DNA of 64,000 bases from Nitrosopumilaceae archaeon (GCA_965209085.1 OZ242376.1:736001-800000); one strand, 5' to 3'; shown: positions 41,401 through 50,920, counted from the first letter of the stretch. A program made the numbers and translations. Notes: a model not told the origin generated them from the letters alone.

Positions 41401-42402
41401 ATTTGGCGGCGGAGTAAATTGTTGGACAGGTTGAGGTTTTGGTATGTAATCAGGCAGACCACTTGGCAATGTTTCAAATTCCCGATCGCCACTAAACCAT
41501 TTTTGTGTTGTATGATTAAAGGACAATCCGAAATATTGTGTGGTATCGCGATAACTAGATACTCTAAATTCCGGATCTGTGTTGGATATAGCTTTTACTC
41601 CATGTTCAGTAGGGGTTAGTTGTAAATCCAATCCCACATCATGCACCCCTACACTAAAGATACTATCTGTATGCACCAGTGGTCTTGTTAATTGAAACTT
41701 TATGGAACCGTGGACAGTTTCATTAGTAAAAAATATGGGCTCTCCATGATAAACTACTTTCAGATATCTTATATGAGGACTTGCTGCGATTGATTTAGGT
41801 TTGAATGAATCAGTCAGCATGATAAATTCAGAGTGTAATATAATCTTAGGAACAACCATCACATCGTTTCCATGTATATCGAGATATCGAATATTACCAT
41901 TTTCATCAATACGATGAGGTCTACCATCAGGTACAGCATATTGAGGAGTGCCATCCTCATCAAGCCAATCCACGGTATAATTTATTATAGATGTTTCATT
42001 AATTTTGATATCTCGTGAAACTTCTAATGAAATAAATGGACTCACAAGATTTATAAAAGATTGATGTGATCCGCTAGTGATGGTAATTTTTCCATCATTG
42101 GCATTTGTTTCTCTAGATGTATTTACGGCAGGATATTTTATTTCAGTATGTTGTGTATTGGTCAATACCGACCATCCGAGTTTTTGAGCGGTTTTTTCTG
42201 ATACGCATGCAATTTTATCCATTCCTCGATCAACGAGTAAAAGATCGTCTCGGCATACTATATTATGCGGCATCGTTCCACTATCAAGCTGTTTTTTTGG
42301 ACTTTGAACATAATCTGAGGGTTGCGCGTATGTGGTAGAGATTGTGACAGTTGATAATATTATAATTAATGTGAGAATGAATAAAATTTGATAGTTTGGC
42401 AT
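35404..42402 (-). CDS. Giant secreted multidomain protein (2332 aa): HExxH metallopeptidase-like, Ig-like/DUF5011-like and LVIVD-like repeats
   Basis: Signal peptide, HEYAH...EGWA, repeated YAKTGD and VDT..P units, repeated GLQIINITDP.NP. Confidence 0.85.
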   Translation of the reverse strand: MPNYQILFILTLIIILSTVTISTTYAQPSDYVQSPKKQLDSGTMPHNIVCRDDLLLVDRGMDKIACVSEKTAQKLGWSVLTNTQHTEIKYPAVNTSRETNANDGKITITSGSHQSFINLVSPFISLEVSRDIKINETSIINYTVDWLDEDGTPQYAVPDGRPHRIDENGNIRYLDIHGNDVMVVPKIILHSEFIMLTDSFKPKSIAASPHIRYLKVVYHGEPIFFTNETVHGSIKFQLTRPLVHTDSIFSVGVHDVGLDLQLTPTEHGVKAISNTDPEFRVSSYRDTTQYFGLSFNHTTQKWFSGDREFETLPSGLPDYIPKPQPVQQFTPPPNVVKEPGYVPQPGWEGLAEFLRSVEKNEGIQITKNWLMDENLSEDFVDDFFNAYPEFSTQNTIFNDFFLPKVTAAAPLQFYVYGYYNTINEDLNHVPADDYLICAFDVNIHNNSDMTILKSGDRDVCTRSYSNGFFKLIGINEDPNPGGGYMDLLIGVSLVNDAVKIINNNKPVEFYESLANIRYGIQDRIIYVGTVNQYPMNYPITHQMYADVTSMHDLLYSKVSYDAPTVNVTLNDIRPASYLNATIYIPYVLNYNITAVLPHEYAHHIQDQIYINLNSEIPICRGHNIDSHYTDKCGWVEGWAWFFTIWMRDSPILYPGFYVDPIDFEYATFNAGTTTEYPFSDRFNITGSKYESWVAASLWDIYDDANEINDTLSTESQLWRAFKYDNSSTIFDFENNWNNLGYPSLGLNFHHNNIRYYVDKTNPQIEITHPSHRSTFQSKNIVINGTSSDNINVTSITIFVNDVLNSNLTNNLHIWSTTISLSRSTNTVTAMAEDAQGNIARDFIYLYHDDDDGHYIIKEITKLAEILWNSNSPWTDESVINQYGVMDEVLEASDCDNECELVTIQSMNLTEYDNANLNLWYYLSSRIDAYQNEGLRIEVSNVSNSWHEIAFFDDVNTDSFTWTEMNMNLDEYSSSENFNVRVTAISSKSDEIIRINDANITGTETIEIKIKSKNVTIFQDHADTFQEWDRSGEDWLITNTTNQNNVDDTVFHAVDCDQDCILVMKNGLNMTPYEKVHLNFSYRMTNVDDYNDEGLKIEANDGNGSWQQVANYTERHNNEERFGIEWSSDNIDIGKYIYSDSLTLRFTVASDSHNEHVYLNDIHIYGDLKINYETKFIIPTISNSNTNNLYAKTGDNITATMNVTGPISNITAMILDRNATILIQNGSISAVQTVMTEDTNGPVSFTIMANAPGNKILLATHDNLTSANIIVDTVKPIIDIIGDNPVTQVHNSFYFDLGCSVSDANNPSYASIVTSNHTLIDTSKLGNQTIQCSADADQAGNIPENKTRTVTVFDPVPYAITLFSATSNGQNHAYAKTGDDVTLELQTNRLIYGAEMTVLNKTILPIINNNTLTATFTIHENHTNGNLTFAISLIDILSRLKISEHDLTDTNVYVDTIAPNLTLIGMPIVHIEIGQEYVDPGALLSDNDPSYKGNITSNATDVSTSVPDIHIIEYTADADLAGNQAPIITRIVNVTGEEPITITESISYSLDIYSSNPNVHRARADDIITVVLHAGMEINLVTATILDKNASISSNVTSIIASIPVWWNDTNGNTTFEIIVQDGLGNMLNVTESNLISENVFVDTTPPTLHLTGDLNIVIIRGTQYYEQGVEARDNDPTYVGTVTSNANLIDTSKVGTYTIVYHITPDPSGNRGGDNSGNRLVGTTRTVNITGTTNSDPAAMDNPVALGNLRIGGQFAFDPVYNVETVKIGFGTYAITVDWHSSNARITDITDPANPAAISSMVDGTDSFTELQGPRNVDTTRIGTNTYALIASYDDDGLQIINITDPTNPIAVAGITDSTDENPTPFTALDGAFDVDAFEIGDDTFAIIASENDGLQIINITDPTNPTATFAFTGGDPYHVDTVRIGTETFAIVLGSTGWGSNLFINISDPANPFVTLIINANPFYYVYFPYHFNTNDIVQNDGRTFSVISSTYYNKVYIIEITNPTAPSVLSSPRDSFERHPTIFESLQAPMGVDIVKSGQLVYALVASHEDDGVQILNITDPSNPTPAAGIRDGYGGFVSTGLATSVSAVQINSDLYAVIGSNGEGIQTVSLGPSANPISSQGGTPAHGDKSYESMLDSIRVAAANFKDPKHEQGLIIKSNNPNYEYANAGDLLTIRWVLGEDIADASATIMGRDANVVFTENIVYASASVLAGDAGHATFAITAVDSAGRTVFAIESDLDSPNVFVDMDAPTIQLDGNLTARIPAGSEYTDAGASVHDNDPTYQGTTRENSTALSTLQPGMYFIEYIAPPDAAGNMPESKIRTIIIYDDT

Positions 42403-42437
42403 AATATTATATATATTTCATAATATTAATACATATC

Positions 42438-42522
42438 GGTTGTTTACTCTGTTAACTCTTATGTCTTTTCCACTATTTCAGACCTGCTGTTAATTTAGAG
42501 TGTTTTTCTGTTAACTTGGGGA
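42438..42522 (+). repeat. 85-bp perfect direct repeat, copy 1
   Basis: Identical to 49571-49655. Confidence 0.95.
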
Positions 42523-42652
42523 GGTGAGATAAAATTGGATCGTAATATGTCCATCTATTGTTAACATCCGAGAAAATCTAGCAGGCATATTCCATAACGT
42601 GGTAGAATTTCATATAATAGCACATTTATAATCATGCCACAATAATATCAAT

Positions 42653-42970
42653 ATGCAGTACATGATAATAACTCATTATCAAATATTAAAAATACTGTAT
42701 ACCAAATGGCCATACGGCATAACTGGCACTGAAATCTTGAAATATCTTCATGATAACAGTAACACTACGATTGATAATGGTGCTTTGAAAAAATATATGC
42801 TACAACTTGAAAAGGTTGGCCATATCAAGATAGGCGACTCGCCTTCATCATTAAATATTGACGACACACGTTATTTCTTAACACCAATCACGTTTTTGGC
42901 GATTTCTGAAAAATCAAAACATCCAAATTTACCATTTCCTGATGTGGAAAATAAACGCATACTTACATAG
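42653..42970 (+). CDS. Putative winged-HTH protein, possibly truncated by the IS
   Basis: ILKIL...GITGTEI...LKKYMLQLEKVGHI...YFLT; stop TAG is formed at the IS end. Confidence 0.55.
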   Translation: MQYMIITHYQILKILYTKWPYGITGTEILKYLHDNSNTTIDNGALKKYMLQLEKVGHIKIGDSPSSLNIDDTRYFLTPITFLAISEKSKHPNLPFPDVENKRILT

Positions 42971-44403
42971 GTCATGTCACAACTATTGAAAATTCTATTG
43001 GAAATTCCATCCAAAATGACAGTAAATATTTCAAAAACACACATCTGTCATCGATATCCGGACCCATTTGTTATCAAACCGTAATTTTACACAAAAATCT
43101 TCCAAAATTCACACATCTGCATACAGCGTCCGCTAGGCTTATTGCAGTTTGTGTCAGTGTACGGCACATATTAACAAATTGTACACTAGGATTTTCATGC
43201 CAATTTCTTGCTTTATGTTTTTCATATGTCTTGATCATACATGTTCTCCAAACCTTTCTTTGAATATTGCAAAAACAATTTCAGAGTGCCATCTTTTTCC
43301 ATACTCTATATCTTTTTTCCATTTTTTCAGATTTTCCTTTCGTTTTTGTATTGAAACATCATCCATTGTACGCTTGCTTGCATCTCCTCCAAGCTGATCT
43401 TGCACCGCCGTATTGCGTTCATGACTGCCGCCTGACAGTGCTGAATTGATACGCACCTTTAACAGACCAGACATGCAAAGTTTGTCACACACGTTGTAAT
43501 TTTCTTTTGTACCGTATGCCCCATCGCCAAGAATTTTCATCATTGTGTTTTTGTATTTGGCAGTCTCTTCAGTTGAATCCATCTCAGATATCATGTGCGC
43601 AAGCTGCCATCTGATCTTTTTGCGTGCCTTTCTTATCATCTGTGGAAACTGTGATGCATCCCCCTTGTTGCTTTTTGTTATCTTAAAATCGAGTATTTCA
43701 AGCGTTTCTACGTTTATGATAAGATGCAGTTTTAGAAACGGACTTGATATGCCCCATTTTTCTTTTATCCATGATCCAAGTTTTGATAGTTTCAGTCCGC
43801 TTGAATCAATAGAGATGAGCATCGTAGGCTGTCCGTTCATGCGCCTTGTCGGATCAAGTGTTTTTAAAGACAGACCACACATGCGGGCCATCTTTTCCAA
43901 TCCGTTATCAGAAATGTCCAATCTCTGTATGCGTTTGTATATCGTACTGCTAGATGGAGATGCATCATCCATTACTTTTCTAACCATCCCTTCAATAGTG
44001 CAGCTTGAGTAACTTGTGCACGCTTGGATTACCGATAATACCCAAAAAAGCTTGTCCGGATACATGTAACGTCTGCCGTTCTTACATTTGTTCATGCATT
44101 TGAGTTCTTTTTTGTATTCTTTTGGGACTGCAAACTGGCTCAGATGGCCAAACAGCATGGATGCAGCACGGCTTTTCAGGTTTTTCTCGGCAATTCTTTT
44201 TTATCCGCCTCTTTGGTTTCTGCATTCGATATTTTTATTACACAGTGCTTTCTACTCATAGTGGATCATCTCCGTGGGTGTTTCTCATAATTCGTCCACT
44301 TTGTGGGATGATCTAAATCTATGGAATCAAAATTGTCGCCAACTTGGATATTTTAATATCGTTTTAGTCAAAATGTCAGAATTAGGCAGGTTGTGATATG
44401 ACC
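42970..44403 (-). mobile_element. IS5-family element, copy 1 (1434 bp, TA flanks); transposase has a premature stop
   Basis: TIRs GGTCATGTCACAAC / GTTGTGATATGACC; IDSSG, GDGAY, YGKRWHSE; CGA>TGA relative to copy 2. Confidence 0.92.
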
Positions 44404-44629
44404 TATGACTCGGTGCCCGTTATTATTTAATAGATGAATTCATACAGGCACAGATTTCATATATAAAACAAAGTTTAGTTTAAATGTATGAGGCAACATT
44501 GCCAAATTGATTCTGGTACGATCAATCCCATCATGTTACGATAGTTAGGATTATTACACGAGTTCACTCTTGCTTAGCCTCAACTTATAATGGTCATAAC
44601 GTGCATTTAAACTTTTCTAATAGAATTAT

Positions 44630-44708
44630 GTATGAGGTCAGCACCTCGTGCTATTTTATGCCTACATCTTCATTTATTGCATAAATTCTAGGCATGACGT
44701 GACCTCAC
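44630..44708 (+). mobile_element. ~80-bp MITE, copy 1
   Basis: GTATGAGGTCA...GTGACCTCAC; near-identical to 59690-59767 and rc 51459-51539. Confidence 0.85.
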
Positions 44709-44757
44709 CATGAAATTAAAGTTAATATTCACAATTCATCTATAATTATAGTATATA

Positions 44758-45708
44758 TTGAAAATCCTAATAATTGGTACCTCCAGCGTTATTGGTTCTG
44801 CATTAACTGAGAGATTCCTAAAGATGGGAATTGATGTAACATGCTTGGATATTTGCCGAATAGATGAAGCTTGGAGACTAAACAACGTATGAGATCAGAT
44901 AAAATACATCTGGAAGGCCTCAAACGACCTATTGTTAGACGATATTAGAGGAATTGATGTAATAGTAGACAGCGGGGTAGGGGTGGCAGATCGACCACTT
45001 GGAACATCTAGCCCAACACATACGTTTACTGCAAACCTCGCCCCATCATTTCGGATTTTGGAAACGGTCAGCAAGATGGATGCAAAAAAACCCACAATAA
45101 TCTATCCAAGCTCCTTTAATACGCTGTATGGACATCCTGCAGGATCCGTATATGTTTCAAAAATGCTCCCAAACCCCTCTTCTGTATATGGCTGGACCAA
45201 GGCTGCCGCAGAACTACTTTACAGTACATACCACAAAGCTCATGGAGTACCCTGCGTGATAACACGGGTAGGTAGTGGATATGGGGCTAGAATGAGAAGT
45301 GATGAATTTCCGGCCCAGTTGATATTGAATGTGTTAAAAGGCAGGGATATAACCGTCAGATCTCCAAATGCCAAGAGATTGTGGACATTTGGAGATGACA
45401 TTATTGAATTTTATGCAAAATTAATAGAAAATCTAGACCAGTACATAGGTCAAACACTGCACTGTGCAGGAAATGCTGGAAACAATATTGTCAAGAATAC
45501 GACTCTAGCAAAAATGGTTACAAAAATTGGTAAAAGTGACATCAATATCAAATCTGGCGAATATGAACCGGGCGAGCTGGTCGATGGCAAACCCATATCA
45601 TTTGACATTGAGAGTCAATCCCCAATGTGGAAGCCAAAATTTACCCTGGAAGAAGGATTGACAATGACATACAAGTGGTTTGAGCAGAATTTATTTAGAT
45701 ATTCATAG
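44758..45708 (+). pseudogene. NAD-dependent epimerase/dehydratase with in-frame TGA at 44890
   Basis: MKILIIGTSSVIG (degenerate GxxGxxG), YGWTK catalytic motif, same frame on both sides of the stop. Confidence 0.8.
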
Positions 45709-45829
45709 TATACCATACCATACTCTGATCGAAAATCTTCCAAAATCACATACTTCGATCTAATATATGAAAAAATCTCTCAAAATTGATACTTTCGTAG
45801 GCATATTGTTAAACAGATCTCATAACCAA

Positions 45830-46250
45830 ATGGTGAATTCATACCTTTCTGATCGCAGATTCTGTAAAAACCCTGAAATTTCACATCTAATGATTTTCGT
45901 AAGAGTTTGACTCGTCTAAAACTAGATCGCTATTTCAAAAAAACCCTGATCGCAAATATCCACGTGATGCTTGTACCAACCCCCGAATTTACACACTATT
46001 TTGTATATAAAGCAAAAACCCCCGAAATTACACACTCAGGCATAACCCCCGTGGATTACACAGAACCCGGTCAAAGGTTCTGTGAAGTTGGCGGGGGTTG
46101 TGGCTAGGTGTGAAGTTTCGGGGGTTGTTTCTTTATATACAAAATGGTGTGAAATTTCGGGGGTTAATGTAGTATGTTGAGGTATTATTATGGATATTTG
46201 CGATCAGAATTTTTCTAGAATAGCGATCTAATTTTAGATGGGCAGAATTC
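45830..46250. repeat. Long imperfect palindrome of two arms around an 8-bp spacer (46068-46075)
   Basis: CACAGAACC-CGGTCAAA-GGTTCTGTG core; mirror-spaced AACCCCCGAAATTACACAC and CTGATCGCAAAT motifs. Confidence 0.9.
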
Positions 46251-46252
46251 AA

Positions 46253-46876
46253 TGGTGCGGACCCCTGTAGAGGGAGAATGATTTTTGTATTAAAAATGAT
46301 AGGATCAGAGGGCTCATTTTATCATTGCCCTCCGTGCGGTGCCAAATTCTGATGGCGTCGCATATCCTATTGCAGTGTACCCGGTTCTGATTGTAATCCT
46401 CAAAGGCGTATGATATTGTAGCCTCTGCGTCCTGGAACGTCTCAAAGTCGCGCGGCCAGACATACTCTTTCTTGAGACTCTTATGGAAGGATTCCACATA
46501 ACCGTTTTGCTCTGGCGTGTGATAGTGGATGAATTCCTGCCTCACACCGTATGCTTTTACAGCCTTGCCAAATTGCGCTAAAATATACTGGGAACCGTTA
46601 TCTGTTCTTAGGGTAAGATTTGAGCAATCCGGTTTCTTGGATGCCAAGGCTTAAGTTAATGCTGCAATGGCACCGTCCGTGACCGCTCTTGGCTCAAACG
46701 CATATCCTACCCATTCGCGGGTAAATGCAAAGGATGTTGAATAGGTAACACCATCTGTCCTGACCGCACCAAATGTACATCATGTCAGCCTGCCAAAGTT
46801 GATCAGGTCCTGTGGGTTTTGGGCGCTTCCTTGAGCGAATGATCTCTTTTTTGGGCTTTGCAGGCGTACTCCAGCC
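46253..46876 (-). mobile_element. IS3-family 3' fragment
   Basis: Matches 51639-52265; LRTDNGSQY, PEQNG.VESFH. Confidence 0.9.
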
Positions 46877-46912
46877 CCCCGAGTGTGGATGTTTTTTGTG
46901 TATGCGTTGATA

Positions 46913-48130
46913 TAGTATAAGAATTTATAATTTACATTTTATCACAAACACACCGAATACAATCTCCATAGTAACAATTACCCCACATTATTGTTTCTAA
47001 AAAATTAGATAATCGTGCAGTTTGACAAGTTTCATCTGATTAGACAATATGACCCGGTCAATTTTCTTTTTCAGGTGTCTGATCGATTCAAAATGCCCAT
47101 TTGATATGCATTTTCGTAAAACACGCCACTGGATTTCTATTGGGTTCAGCTCTGGCGTATACGGTGGAAGATAAATTAAACTGATTCGTCCTTTTCTAGA
47201 TTTGATGTATTCAAATACGTCACGGTGACGATGATAAGATGCATTATCATGCACTATTGTCACACGGCCAAACTCTTTTTCCAGGATTTTTATAAAATCC
47301 AAATGACTGTCTTTGTTTGCTTTATCGTAAAACTCGAATATGAAAGAATCCTTGCTTAAAGCTCCAAACATGGTTATTCTGTGTCTGGTCGGATCTAATG
47401 GAACTTGGGGTTTGCTGCCTATGAGGTACCATGCGTTACGGATATTGGTTGTTGGGTAAAGATGAATCTCATCCATGGATACAGTTACTGCTCCGTGTGC
47501 CTCTCTTTGTGCCAATATGTGCCTAGCTTTTTTTTAAAGCGTTCCTGTTCACTCTTTGATGCAGCTTTGGGATGGTACTGACGGGGTTTTTGAATTGTAA
47601 ATCCAAGACGTTTGAGTAAATTTTGTACAGAACGTGGGACATATTGTACCTTGAATTTTTTCCAAATGTGATCCGTTACCATTACAGTAGACCATGCGGA
47701 CTGACTATATCCGCATTTTTCAGGTCCGGCAATCAGATCCTTTGTTAGTTTTTCAAGCTGTTTTTCTGAAAGATGGCATTCCCTGCCAAGACGTTTTATG
47801 TTGTATCTTGAGGCTAGTCCATCCTCCATTACCCGTATGAGCCATTTGCATACTGTTGTCTCTTTTACGCCAAGCTCCTCGCCAATCTTCTCCATTGTTT
47901 TGTCCTGTTTTCTTTTAATCCATGAGAGAAGACGCTGTTTTGCAACTGGAATCTTTTCTTTTGCATAACAATTTCTAAGATATGTGATGCTCATGTTTGG
48001 CATGAACTCGATGCCTGTCGGAATTCTGTTCTGTCGCGTCATATTTGCTCTTAAATCTGGTGCGATCTAAACGTAGCGATTAAATTTTTGTTACAGAGTG
48101 GTTAAACGTAATTAATAACTTCTTATACTA
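46913..48130 (-). mobile_element. IS630-family element (ORFs 47485-48042 and 46997-47515, -1 frameshift at T TTA AAA AAA)
   Basis: TIR TAGTATAAGAA, TA flanks, MDE, HDNASYH, LPPYTPELNPIE. Confidence 0.93.
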
Positions 48131-48134
48131 TATA

Positions 48135-49568
48135 GGTCATGTCACAACTATTGAAAATTCTATTGGAAATTCCATCAAAAATGACAGTAAATCTTCCAAA
48201 AACACACACCTGTCATCGATATCCGGACCCATTTGTTATCAAACCGTAATTTTACACAAAAATCTTCCAAAATTCACACATCTGCATACAGCGTCCGCTA
48301 GGCTTATTGCAGTTTGTGTCAGTGTACGGCACATATTAACAAATTGTACACTAGGATTTTCATGCCAATTTCTTGCTTTATGTTTTTCATATATCTTGAT
48401 CGTACATGTTCTCCAAACCTTTCTTTGAATATTGCAAAAACAATTTCAGAGTGCCATCTTTTTCCATACTCTATATCTTTTTTCCATTTTTTCAGATTTT
48501 CCTTTCGTTTTTGTATTGAAACATCATTCATTGTACGCTTGCTTGCATCTCCTCCAAGCTGATCTTGCACCGCCGTATTGCGTTCATGACTGCCGCCTGA
48601 CAGTGCTGAATTGATACGCACCTTTAACAGACCAGACATGCAAAGTTTGTCACACACGTTGTAATTTTCTTTTGTACCGTATGCCCCATCGCCAAGAATT
48701 TTCATCATTGTGTTTTTGTATTTGGCAGTCTCTTCAGTTGAATCCATCTCAGATATCATGTGCGCAAGCTGCCATCTGATCTTTTTGCGTGCATGTCTGA
48801 TCATCTGTGGGAACTGTGATGCATCCCCCTTGTTGCTTTTTGTTATCTTAAAATCGAGTATTTCAAGCGTTTCTACGTTTATGACAAGATGCAGTTTTAG
48901 AAACGGACTTGATATGCCCCATTTTTCTTTTATCCATGATCCAAGTTTTGATAGTTTCAGTCCGCTTGAATCAATAGAGATGAGCATCGTAGGCTGTCCG
49001 TTCATGCGCCTTGTCGGATCAAGTGTTTTTAAAGACAGACCACACATGCGGGCCATCTTTTCCAATCCGTTATCAGAAATGTCCAATCTCTGTATGCGTT
49101 TGTATATCGTACTGCTAGATGGAGATGCATCATCCATTACTTTTCTAACCATCCCTTCAATAGTGCAGCTTGAGTAACTTGTGCACGCTTGGATTACCGA
49201 TAATACCCAAAAAAGCTTGTCCGGATACATGTAACGTCTGCCGTTCTTACATTTGTTCATGCATTTGAGTTCTTTTTTGTATTCTTTTGGGACTGCAAAC
49301 TGGCTCAGATGGCCAAACAGCATGGATGCAGCACGGCTTTTCAGGTTTTTCTCGGCAATTCTTTTTTATCCGCCTCTTTGGTTTCTGCATTCGATATTTT
49401 TATTACACAGTGCTTTCTACTCATAGTGGATCATCTCCGTGGGTGTTTCTCATAATTCGTCCACTTTGTGGGATGATCTAAATCTATGGAATCAAAATTG
49501 TCGCCAACTTGGATATTTTAATATCGTTTTAGTCAAAATGTCAGAATTAGGCAGGTTGTGATATGACC
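48135..49568 (-). mobile_element. IS5-family element, copy 2 (transposase 48319-49323)
   Basis: Near-identical to 42970-44403, same length, TA flanks. Confidence 0.93.
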
Positions 49569-49570
49569 TA

Positions 49571-49655
49571 GGTTGTTTACTCTGTTAACTCTTATGTCTT
49601 TTCCACTATTTCAGACCTGCTGTTAATTTAGAGTGTTTTTCTGTTAACTTGGGGA
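49571..49655 (+). repeat. 85-bp perfect direct repeat, copy 2
   Basis: Identical to 42438-42522. Confidence 0.95.
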
Positions 49656-49755
49656 TGTGGAGACTATTCTGATCGCAATATGTCGTAAAATATGATGTAA
49701 TTTATGCCAGTTTTCTTAAAATCTACTTATGTGGTAGCCCGAACCAAATTTAGTT

Positions 49756-49989
49756 CTACTTTGATGATCTTCTGAGAGTAAAAGATATGACTGCAAATAA
49801 TGCGCATATCGTCATTATTATGACTCCAGATTTGTCCAAGTATGGATTACATTGCATGCAATGATCTATAGCAGGAATGGATGCGATGATCAACACAATA
49901 CCAAAAAACATCACACCAAATGAGACTATCACATATTTGATGCCTGGACAAATGTTATCGGTCATAATGAACAAAACATATGGGTTCAT
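49756..49989 (-). CDS. Small two-TM membrane protein
   Basis: Two hydrophobic helices with a CxxC loop. Confidence 0.5.
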   Translation of the reverse strand: MNPYVLFIMTDNICPGIKYVIVSFGVMFFGIVLIIASIPAIDHCMQCNPYLDKSGVIIMTICALFAVISFTLRRSSK

Positions 49990-50005
49990 AAAATAATCAA
50001 TTTAC

Positions 50006-50185
50006 GTAACTGTCTAGAGTTTTGAAGTTAAATTGAATAAATATTCTTCCAAATAATCATGAAAGTCCAGATTCCTCAGCCTGCACGTCTCCTTTATATT
50101 CATCAATATCTTGTGAGCTTTGGCGCCGTCCTCTGAGCGGTGACCATTTGTAATCTTGCATATTACTACATTTGGTAGAATCCCC
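50006..50185 (-). mobile_element. IS66 3'-end fragment
   Basis: Matches 15918-16097. Confidence 0.9.
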
Positions 50186-50330
50186 TTGAGCATATTCTGT
50201 TATGTAACATGTTACAATTTTTATCATATTATAGATATTTTGTTGTAAATATGCTAATTTGTGGTATATTGTTATTTGTACTAAATTGTTACAAATACCA
50301 CACCCCTATTTTGCCACGATACGAATGGTG

Positions 50331-50576
50331 TTAAGGTATGTATTTTGTGATTTTTTCTGTCATAATGCGGCAGAGTAAATATAATAAACTAAATAATATG
50401 AACACCAAAAGCATATTTACGTATGGTGGTATGTCACCTAGACCAAAAAAATCAATCTCCCACCAGGTTATTTCTGGAATGTCGGATTGTGTGAATATAC
50501 TCATAGCCATAATAAGTGTCAATATGGAACAAAAATTTTTATTATTAACGTATTTTATAATTCCAGTACCGACCAA
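50331..50576 (-). CDS. Small membrane protein
   Basis: Hydrophobic segments; overlaps the upstream ORF; start uncertain. Confidence 0.45.
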   Translation of the reverse strand: MVGTGIIKYVNNKNFCSILTLIMAMSIFTQSDIPEITWWEIDFFGLGDIPPYVNMLLVFILFSLLYLLCRIMTEKITKYIP

Positions 50577-50919
50577 TATTATATACGATGGGAATTATAA
50601 ACCCAACTGCTAAGATCAAATTATATGGTTCTGGAAGAAGTATATTAGCTGTAAAAGACATAAAAATCATTGCAATGCTGATGATGATAATATTTAATGA
50701 CATATTCACTTGTTTCATATATCGTTGTTTTTTCTTTTTTTTGGCGATTTGTGATCGTAATTTAATTAGTGTTAATTCAATTTCAGCGGATAATTCTATC
50801 TCAACTCTGTCATTCAGTTTTATTTGTGATGATTTTAACTGATCTAATATTTTTGAGTTTTTTACTTCTCTCATACATACTGCATTAAAATTAGAGATTT
50901 CTTCTGTTTTACTCATCAA
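50545..50919 (-). CDS. Membrane protein (coiled coil plus two C-terminal TMs)
   Basis: Starts 1 nt after the upstream stop. Confidence 0.65.
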   Translation of the reverse strand: MMSKTEEISNFNAVCMREVKNSKILDQLKSSQIKLNDRVEIELSAEIELTLIKLRSQIAKKKKKQRYMKQVNMSLNIIIISIAMIFMSFTANILLPEPYNLILAVGFIIPIVYNIGRYWNYKIR

Positions 50920-50920
50920 C

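Noticed and set aside
45907-46107. ORF similar to the N-terminus of ORF 62252-62686, suggesting a gene family
   Set aside because: The similarity is translation of the non-coding arm repeat; other arm copies have indels and no ORF.
45860-46170. Motif A array as a CRISPR array
   Set aside because: Repeats are degenerate, inverted about a centre and unevenly spaced, with no cas genes in the window.
45970-46170. Replication origin (motif A resembles the TGAAA...GGGGG half of archaeal ORBs)
   Set aside because: No AT-rich unwinding element between the inverted sets, G-runs point outward, the TCCA half is missing and there is no orc1/cdc6 nearby; disfavoured but not excluded.
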